From Eledone cirrhosa (taxonomy: Eukaryota), in assembly GCA_964016885.1 (NCBI GenBank), contig OZ024748.1, positions 19,964,001 through 20,028,000 on the forward strand: 64,000 bases of DNA. The letters run 5' to 3'. Both the position numbers and the translations under genes were made by a program. Below are positions 56,152-64,000 of the stretch, piece by piece; the first letter of the stretch is position 1; each line of letters begins with the position of its first letter. Under the pieces are notes generated by a model that saw nothing but the letters and a program-made list of their open reading frames with translations, did no database searches and was not told where the DNA came from.

Positions 56152-56478
56152 AGACTATATATATGTGTTTGTGTCTATATTGTATCTGTATTTTTTACCG
56201 TTGGTCAGTCAATGGTAACATTGAGGACCGAATAAATTAAATTAACCAATATAAAAGACACAGAAGCGAAAACCAACCAAACAGTGAGTGTGTTCTGTTA
56301 TTAATTCTGGCAATATTATTACACAAATATGACCCTCCCCAAGTATAACAATATATATATATATAGATATAGATATCATATATATATATATATATATATC
56401 ATATATATACATATATATATCATCATCATCATCGTTTAACGTCCATCATCCACGATATATATATATATATATATAACG

Positions 56479-56826
56479 TGGAGGCACATGGCTTAGTGGT
56501 TAGAGCATTGGGCTTGCAATCGAAAGGTTGTGAGTTCAATTCTCAGACCGGGTGATGTGTTGTTTCCTTGAGCAAGACACTTTATTTCACATTGCTCCAG
56601 TTTACTCAGCTGTAGAAATGAGATGATAGGGACTGGGGTCCATATCATTCCACTGCAAAGTGGTCGTGGAGGTGCCACGGCAAAAAAGCACCCAGCACTC
56701 ACTGTAAATGAGGTTGGTGTTAGGAAGGGCATCCAGCTGTAGAAATCAAGCCAGAATCAGTTCCTGTCCCACCCTTGCAAGCAGGGAAAAGCGGACGTAA
56801 AATGAAATGATGAAATGATGATGATG
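56479..56826 (+). mobile_element. Full-length SINE family 1
   Basis: ggaggcacatggcttagtggttagagc...gagttcaattc...ggacgtaaaatgaaatgatg. Confidence 0.88.
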
Positions 56827-56876
56827 AACGTGAAGTTACTGTAGGTTCTGTCATTACTACCACAGAGGTTCGACAA

Positions 56877-56961
56877 GGTCTGACGAGTTTTTGATTCCAG
56901 AGTCGGGCCATATCGATACAGATCGAATCTTGAGCTGATCAATAGCAAAACGCGCGTCACC
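56877..56961 (+). ncRNA. Hammerhead relic with long branched stem II (GAAA mutated to AAAA)
   Basis: ggt-CTGACGA-gtttttgat...atcaatagc-AAAA-cgcgcg-TC-acc. The paralogue at 47605-47690 keeps GAAA but has lost CTGACGA. Confidence 0.6.
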
Positions 56962-57029
56962 AATCAATAAATATAATGAAGGCTTAACAAATCGCCCTTG
57001 TATTATTATTATATATATAGATAGATATA

Positions 57030-58034
57030 TGGTTCTATAGAAATAGTAGACACTTTCCGTTACTTGGCTGACAAAATCAGCAGTGGAGGAGGGTGTTCTG
57101 AAAGTACAGTAGCCAGAGTTAGAACAGGATGGAAAATGTTCAGAGAGCTACTACCGCTGTTGGCACAAAAGATTTTTCTCTATAAATGAAAGGTAGTTTG
57201 TATGATGCTTGTATACGGACAACAGTGAGACATGGGCATTGTGTGTAGACTAGCAGCACAGATTGGAAAGGAACTAAGGATGCATGCGCCGATATAATAA
57301 TAATATACATGAGCGGCAAAATGTAAATGAACTAAGTGAGAAATTAGGCATAAGAGGGATCAGATGCAGTTTACTTGAGAGGAGATTGCATTGGTTTGGT
57401 CATGTGATGCGTATGAAGGATGACAGCTGTATAAAAAAGTACAGAGGGATCAAAATTGATGGAAGCTACAGTGTAGATAGTCCCAGAAAGACCTGGGAAA
57501 GAAGTGATAAAAGCTGACCTTGCACACTAGCACCTCTCTGAGACAATGTCAAAGGATCAAGATCTTTGGCGCTATGCAGTAATACAGAAGACCCACCTTC
57601 CCTTGCATACAAACTTAAACCTACAGTCAGTAGGCACTTCTTAACCCAATATACACCCCACATCCCACACCTTAATCACACACTTCTACACCATCCTCCC
57701 ACTACCGCCCACACCACCCTTTCTCTGTAAAGTTATGTTGATACCACAGAACATCCAGCCTACACCAAAGTGGTCGGGTAGGTTTCATGACAAAAAGCAC
57801 CCAGTCCACACTGTAAAGTGGTCGTGTAGGAGACATGGTAAAAAGCACCCAGCACACACTGTAAATGTGATTGGTGCTAGGAAGGGCACCCAGCCATAGA
57901 AAACCATCCAGAAACAGTCCTATATGAGCGAGACATGGTCACCTGACCCAACTTGCCTCAAGTGGGACAAGCCAGTCTAACCAATAACCCATGCTAGCGT
58001 GGAAGATAGATATTAAATGATGATGATGATGATG

Positions 58035-58039
<5 letters not shown>
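57030..58039 (+). mobile_element. RTE-clade LINE 3' ~1 kb, decayed
   Basis: EIVDTFRYL...GGCSESTVARVRTGWKMFRELLPLL, then ELSEKLGIRGIRCSLLERRLHWFGHVMRMKDD, 3' UTR and (ATG)n tail. Confidence 0.88.
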
Positions 58040-58085
<46 letters not shown>

Positions 58086-58420
58086 AGAAACACAGTAAAT
58101 CGTGTGTCTAATATTACTAGGGTTGAAAGACCACATTTGTTTGAAATATTTAACCATGAAGCAGACAGAATGATAAAATAAAATAAAATTATATTATACA
58201 AACCGCCTCAATAACAATTATTGGTTTCAGTAAGAGTTATTAACTCTAACTTTCATTTATATTTCGGCTCCCTCAAGAAGTGAGCTTATTAAGTTGCGTG
58301 TGTTGGACTGTTGTTTCTAACCAATACACTCATACCACTGTTGACTTACAGCACACGAGGTGATGAATTCATTTTTCTGTGTGAACGTTGGTACTAGGTG
58401 TTTGTCGCATTTAATTAGAT

Positions 58421-58495
58421 TCTCTTGCTGATGATGCCCATGGATTATCTGTTGCAAACACACTCAGGGCGAAACAGATTAATCTGTTCGAGAGA
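58421..58495 (+). ncRNA. Type I hammerhead ribozyme inside a fold-back element (arms 58081-58221 / 58497-58637)
   Basis: tctcttg-CTGATGA-t-gccc-(27 nt)-gggc-GAAA-cagat-ta-atctg-TT-cgagaga. 7-bp stem I and long palindromic stem III. Confidence 0.82.
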
Positions 58496-58725
58496 TATAA
58501 TTGTTATTGAGGCGGTTTGTATAAAATAATTTTATTTTATTTTATCATTCTGTCTGTTTCATGGTTAAATATTTCAAACAAATGTGGTCTTTCAACCCTA
58601 GTAATATTAGACACACGATTTACTGTGTTTCTTACTACATATATATTATTATTATAATGCTTGGTATTTATACTTTGAGCTTACTGATTACAGGGTTTCA
58701 GTAAGAGTTATTAACTCTAACTTTC

Positions 58726-58762
<37 letters not shown>

Positions 58763-59276
58763 TTGCAATGTTACTAATACAAAACTGTAGCAACCTTTGC
58801 CTTTCCCAAGTACAACATCCTTTGTGCCATATAAGGAGAAGAGGTTGGCATGGCATGGACAACTCATGGTCTTCACAAAACATCTCTACGCTCCCAGGCT
58901 TGCATCTTAAAGATAAATGTTCTAGAAACCCAATGTTAGGACATTACTGTGTCTCAAATATCTTCAGTAATCTGGAACATGTATGTATGGTCCTGATAGA
59001 GTTGTAGGGCCGCCATATTGACATATAGCATTTCTTGCGCATTTTAAGCCTGGTGGAGCCCATCCCTTGCCAGGCCTGAATACAGCAGATTTCTTCCAGA
59101 GAAAGATGGAAAGTGAAAGGAAATGAGAAAGAGATATAGAGAAATAATCAACCCCAGTTCTAGACTAGTACTTTTTTTTTATCGACCTCGAAAGGGTGAA
59201 AGGCAAAGATGACTTCAGCGGGATTTGAACTCAGAGAGCAAAGAGAGGGAACAAATGCAATAAATTATTATCCAAC

Positions 59277-59462
59277 GTGGATTGGCAGTATCAGTAGAGG
59301 GTCGGACGCCATGCTTTCCAGCATAGTTACGTCCCTTTACGATCTGAGTTCAAATCTCGCCAAGGTTGACTTTGCCTTTCATCCTTACGGGGTCGATAAA
59401 ATAAAGTACCAGTAATGCACTGGGTATTTGCTGGCCTTGTGCCTAAAGTAGAAACAATTATT
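59277..59462 (+). mobile_element. SINE family 2 with target-site duplication
   Basis: aattattatccaacgt on both sides (~59263-59278 and ~59456-59471). Confidence 0.85.
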
Positions 59463-59792
59463 ATCCAACGTTCTAACAATTCAGCCAATTCACTGTCTGG
59501 AACATATATGATGACTTTCTAAAGGTTCCCACAGATGTGACAGAAAAGATCTATAAAGTGATATACCTTGAATTTCATGAGTCAGTGTTCCATTTGAAAT
59601 AAGCAGCAAAAATGTATTAAATGTTGAGTCAATAAATCACTTGTTTACAAGATATATAATTTTAGTTTTAGTTCTAATCCACACAAGAATTTTTCAGCAA
59701 TCATACACGTCATGCTTGATCTGAAAGCTATTCTCTATATTTTTCTCCAGACATGAATAAAATATACATCCACACATATACATACATACATT

Positions 59793-59855
<63 letters not shown>

Positions 59856-59974
59856 TTAAAGGTTAAACAAGGTTCAATGAATAAATCAAAGAATGAGTTT
59901 TACAATAGATTGGAAGCACTCAACATTACTGAATCTTAACCATCTACTAAGTCAGGGTATGTCATGCATCATCT

Positions 59975-60041
59975 TATTATATCTGATGAGGACGTACTGT
60001 TGAAGATAGCTCAGTACCTCTGAAATATGTATAATAAAATA
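59975..60041 (+). ncRNA. Minimal type I hammerhead ribozyme
   Basis: ttatat-CTGATGA-ggacgtactg...cagtacctct-GAAA-tatgta-TA-ataaaa. 5'-truncated paralogue at 15179-15230. Confidence 0.6.
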
Positions 60042-60147
60042 TACTTGATCACAGGAATGTCTAGTTTTGTTAATATTTTGAATTAATATATATATATATA
60101 TACATGCGTGCGTGGAATATGGACGTTAAACGATGATGATGATGATA

Positions 60148-60179
<32 letters not shown>

Positions 60180-60239
60180 AACATATATATATACATACAC
60201 ATATACATTTATATATATATACATATATATATTCATACA

Positions 60240-60293
60240 TGTAAGTATGTATGTATACGTACATACATATATGTATACAGACGTACAGTAGCA

Positions 60294-60333
<40 letters not shown>

Positions 60334-60501
60334 TATACACATATGCATACAGGTACACATACATATATGCACGCATCAGTTTAGCCGACGTTTATTATAA
60401 CGCCTGCTTTGTTCGTTTGTTTGTCAACAAATCGAACAGCCTGAATTTATGCCATACGATGCGTGCATATATGTATGTGTACCTGTATGCATATGTGTAT
60501 A

Positions 60502-60532
<31 letters not shown>

Positions 60533-60590
60533 GCATGCTACTGTACGTCTGTATACATATATGTATGTACGTATACATACATACTTACAT
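60240..60590. repeat. Inverted repeat, arms 60240-60377 / 60458-60590, 80-nt spacer
   Basis: The arms are near-perfect reverse complements of an irregular TA/CA microsatellite. Confidence 0.88.
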
Positions 60591-60730
60591 TTAAGTAAGT
60601 GCCATACTAAGAGTGAGAAATGAAATTTCGTTTTCATTTTTTTCAACTTATATACATACAGATATATATATATTTATTAAAATAACAGATTAAAGTTTAA
60701 TCTGTTATTTTAATAAATAAATATTTGCTC

Positions 60731-61750
60731 TATGGTTATACATGACTTGTACAGCATTCACAAGCCACTCATCTACTTCTAGTTTTCTAAGAGCCCACCT
60801 GATTATGGCGCAGGACACTCTGTCAAAAGCTTTCTCCAGATCAACAAATGCCAGGTAGAGTGGCTTACTTTTATCTAGGTAGTTTTCCTGTAGCTGCTTC
60901 ACCAAGAAGAGGGCATCTGTAGTGCTTTTTGTACAAATCTGAACTGCATCTCATCTAGATTTACCCGGTTCCTAATCAGCTCTGCTGTAACTCTTTCATG
61001 ACCTGGTCTATCAACTTGATGCCTCTATAATTTCCTCTATCTAGTGCATCTCCTTTACTCTTGTAGCAGTTCACAGTGGTGCTGCTGTGCCAATCTTTTG
61101 ATATGACGCCATTTAGTATTACTTGGTTTACGATACGTGTGGTTAAGGTGTCACCTACTGACCCAGATGCTTTCATCATCTCGGCAACTATTCTCAATGG
61201 ACTGACTGCTTTCCCGGTCTTCATATCCTTAATTGCCTTACTACACTGCTGCTGACTTGTACTGCTGGGCCCTCTATGGGGTCCACTTGGGTAGGATCTC
61301 TTTCCCACATGCATTCTCCACATTCAGTAATCTTTCATAATGACTCTTCCATGCAGCTTTCTTTTCGGCGCCTGTGAGGGCAAGTGTGCCTTTAACATTA
61401 GATCACACTTTTCACCAATGACATGACAATTTCCCTTAATTCACTGCCTCGCAATCCTGAACACCTCACGCTTCCAGTCTTCCCTCTGCAACATATGCTT
61501 GAATTTTTTTATCTTCTGCTTCTCTGCTTGCTAAGTATACTTGTCGTCTAGTATCTCTCCTGGCCTCAATGGAGTGTACCCTGATCTCCCTGTTCTTCCA
61601 TTTTTTCCATGCCTGTCTCTTGGCCTTATTTGTTTATTCTACTTTATTGTTCTACCACCAAGTCACTCTCCTTCTTTCTGTAGCCCTGCTCCATCCACAG
61701 ATCTCATCTGTTGTTTCAGTAGATTATCTTTCAAGAACTCCCAATGCTTT
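60731..61750 (-). mobile_element. RTE-clade LINE reverse transcriptase fragment (pseudogenised)
   Basis: KAIKDMKTGKA...CYKSKGDALDRGNYRGIKLI and LYLAFVDLEKAFDRV...ALRKLEVDEWLV in different frames. Confidence 0.92.
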
Positions 61751-61763
61751 TCTATATTGAATG

Positions 61764-61811
<48 letters not shown>

Positions 61812-61902
61812 TATTATATATATATGTATGTACATAAATGTATATATGTATATGCATGTATATATTCATAAATATATATGTACGTATATGCATGTATATA
61901 TG

Positions 61903-61958
<56 letters not shown>

Positions 61959-62041
61959 GGAGGTGAGTTTTATTGTAGTACAATAAAGCAATGCAGATAT
62001 CGGATAAGAAGCACTCTACAGTTTGTAGGACTGGAGTATAC

Positions 62042-62391
62042 ATAATATATAAGATCAAAAGATGGTTAAATGAGTTCCATGTATTTTATTATGCGCATTT
62101 CAAAATCAAATATCATCATGCAATAACATTTGTGTTTTCATCAGATAAAATAGGAAGACATGATATGAAGGTTAAAAACACTTGTGGATAGTGCAGTTTT
62201 AAATCAACATATGAAAAGTAGTTTGTTGATTTAAAACTGCACTATCCACAAGTGTTTTTAACCTTCATATCATGTCTTCCTATTTTATCTGATGAAAACA
62301 CAAATGTTATTGCATGATGATATTTGTTTTTGAAATGCGCATAATAAAATACATGGAACTCATTTAACCATCTTTTGATCTTATATATTAT
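62042..62391. repeat. Near-perfect palindrome (arms 62042-62208 / 62225-62391) with a complete hammerhead on each strand (62082-62152 minus; 62281-62351 plus)
   Basis: tattttat-CTGATGA-aaacacaaatgt...atatttgttttt-GAAA-tgcgca-TA-ataaaata. One mismatch seen between the arms. Confidence 0.85.
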
Positions 62392-63024
62392 ATATATATA
62401 TATATATATATGCATATATATATATATGTGTGTACATATATACATGCATATACGTACATATATATTTATGCATGCATACATGCATATATATATATATATA
62501 TACATACTAACTTGGGGTTTCAGTCTCTAGAATCACATAGTTTAGAGTGGGGGGATTTTGCCTATATACACATATACATACTGAACTTATTCACATATTA
62601 TAATATGATGATTTTTTTTTTATTATTTTAATTTTAATATTTACTTATTAAGTGTCACAGTAGGAGATGTTTTAATATGTTTCAATATGTTTGGTTGTTT
62701 TTTTTTTTTTGTGGGGGGTGGCGGGGTTAAACATTTATATAATATTTTAGTTATATACTCTATTTTTTTTCAATGTGACTACATTAACAGACATATTACC
62801 AGTGAGAGGAAGTCCCTAGAGTTTAGAGATATGTTCCACTTTTGATTCAGTCTGGTGAGCAGATTATAAAGATATATCTGTGTTCATATGATATACACTG
62901 GCAGGTCAGATTGTTATTGAGACTTAAAGATATGCCTGCAACTAAAGAAATATGGCTTGCCATACTCCATCAACCAAAGATACATAGCCACCTTGCTAGA
63001 AATTTAACTAACCAATAATGCATA

Positions 63025-63746
63025 TGTAACGGAATATTATGTATGGTTATAACGACAAGTGGATGGATGGATGTAACTGTTGGTATGGTGGTTTCGGTGT
63101 AAATAAAATTACCAGGAGTGTTGTTACAAAGTTTATTTTATTACAACAATATTCAATTTGAATATTGAATGATAAAATAATTGACACAAAATATTCATAC
63201 AATAATTTGGTGGCTCTTCGAGCCACGTAAATTCAAATATCACAGAATATGATTATAATACGTGTAAACAGAAATGAATGGTGCGTGTACAAATGTTGGC
63301 CTCACTATGAATGCGTGTGTGCGGCGTATCAGTATATTTACTTATTTGTATTGCAGGAGTCAGCGATCAGCCAGGAAGGTGAGAATAAATGGTAAGTGGT
63401 AGACTGGTTTTTCGTGACGAGAGCCTGTAAAAACGTCTCATCTTGTCTGTATCCACTTCTTTTCTATTTTTGCCGTAAACAATCCCTGTCTTTATAAGAG
63501 TTGAAGTTAGAAGGATAGATATATCCTCTGAACTTTCGTTAGTCTCCCAAGGGATTAGTTTGCCAAGCGTAAACAAGTCAGAAAGATGGATATATCCTCT
63601 GACCTATTTTCTGTCAGGCGTAAACACCTCTGACCTGTGTTTAGCCTCTCCCAAGGGGTTAGTCTCCTGAGCGTAAACAAGTCACCACGGCTTGTCCCAG
63701 AGGTGGGAAAGCTCAGATTCGGTTTCGAATCTTCGCCGCCGTTATA
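63025..63746 (-). mobile_element. Solo LTR (~722 bp), probably Gypsy-like
   Basis: Termini TGTAACGG...CCGTTATA (imperfect inverted), flanked by a CATA 4-bp duplication. On minus, a TATAAA (~63490-63495) and AATAAA ~110 nt before the end. Confidence 0.65.
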
Positions 63747-64000
63747 CATAGCCACCTTGCTAGAAATTTAGCTCTGCTACATAAAATACACCCAGTACAC
63801 TCTGTAAGGTGGTTAGCAATGGGAAGATCACCTCAACAAAAAGGGTTGGAACGACCCTTCAGCTGTGTTAAAGACATAACAACCTTCCTAGTGTTGGTGA
63901 TCTACAAACAGACAGATGCCCTCACTCAAATCCACCACCCCATACCCACATCTTCCACACCCACCCTGCCAAACAGTCAACTCCACCTCCCTCTAACCCA

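Noticed and set aside
63357-63378. Strong plus-strand AG...GT microexon (22 nt)
   Set aside because: It lies inside the solo LTR, is not frame-preserving, and has no other support.

Overview
AT-rich, repeat-saturated animal genomic DNA, most likely from an octopus or another coleoid cephalopod; this is inferred from the SINE/RTE repertoire and the extreme microsatellite load. I can identify only one host-gene element: a 196-bp coding exon of WWOX (SDR domain) on the minus strand at 2599-2794, which the ORF track misses. I found no upstream WWOX exon by eye, so the rest of the window probably lies in giant WWOX introns. These are filled with two tRNA-derived SINE families, RTE-clade LINE debris, piggyBac-like and Tc1/mariner-like MITEs, a solo LTR, a decayed Penelope-type GIY-YIG endonuclease, and many micro- and minisatellites. 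The most striking hidden signal is about 17 intact or decayed minimal type I hammerhead ribozyme motifs from several unrelated sequence families. They sit in short (TA)n-inserted, often fold-back elements, many of which share a TTGAGTRC box about 50-90 nt before the (TA)n junction. Almost all ORFs in the supplied track are microsatellite artefacts.
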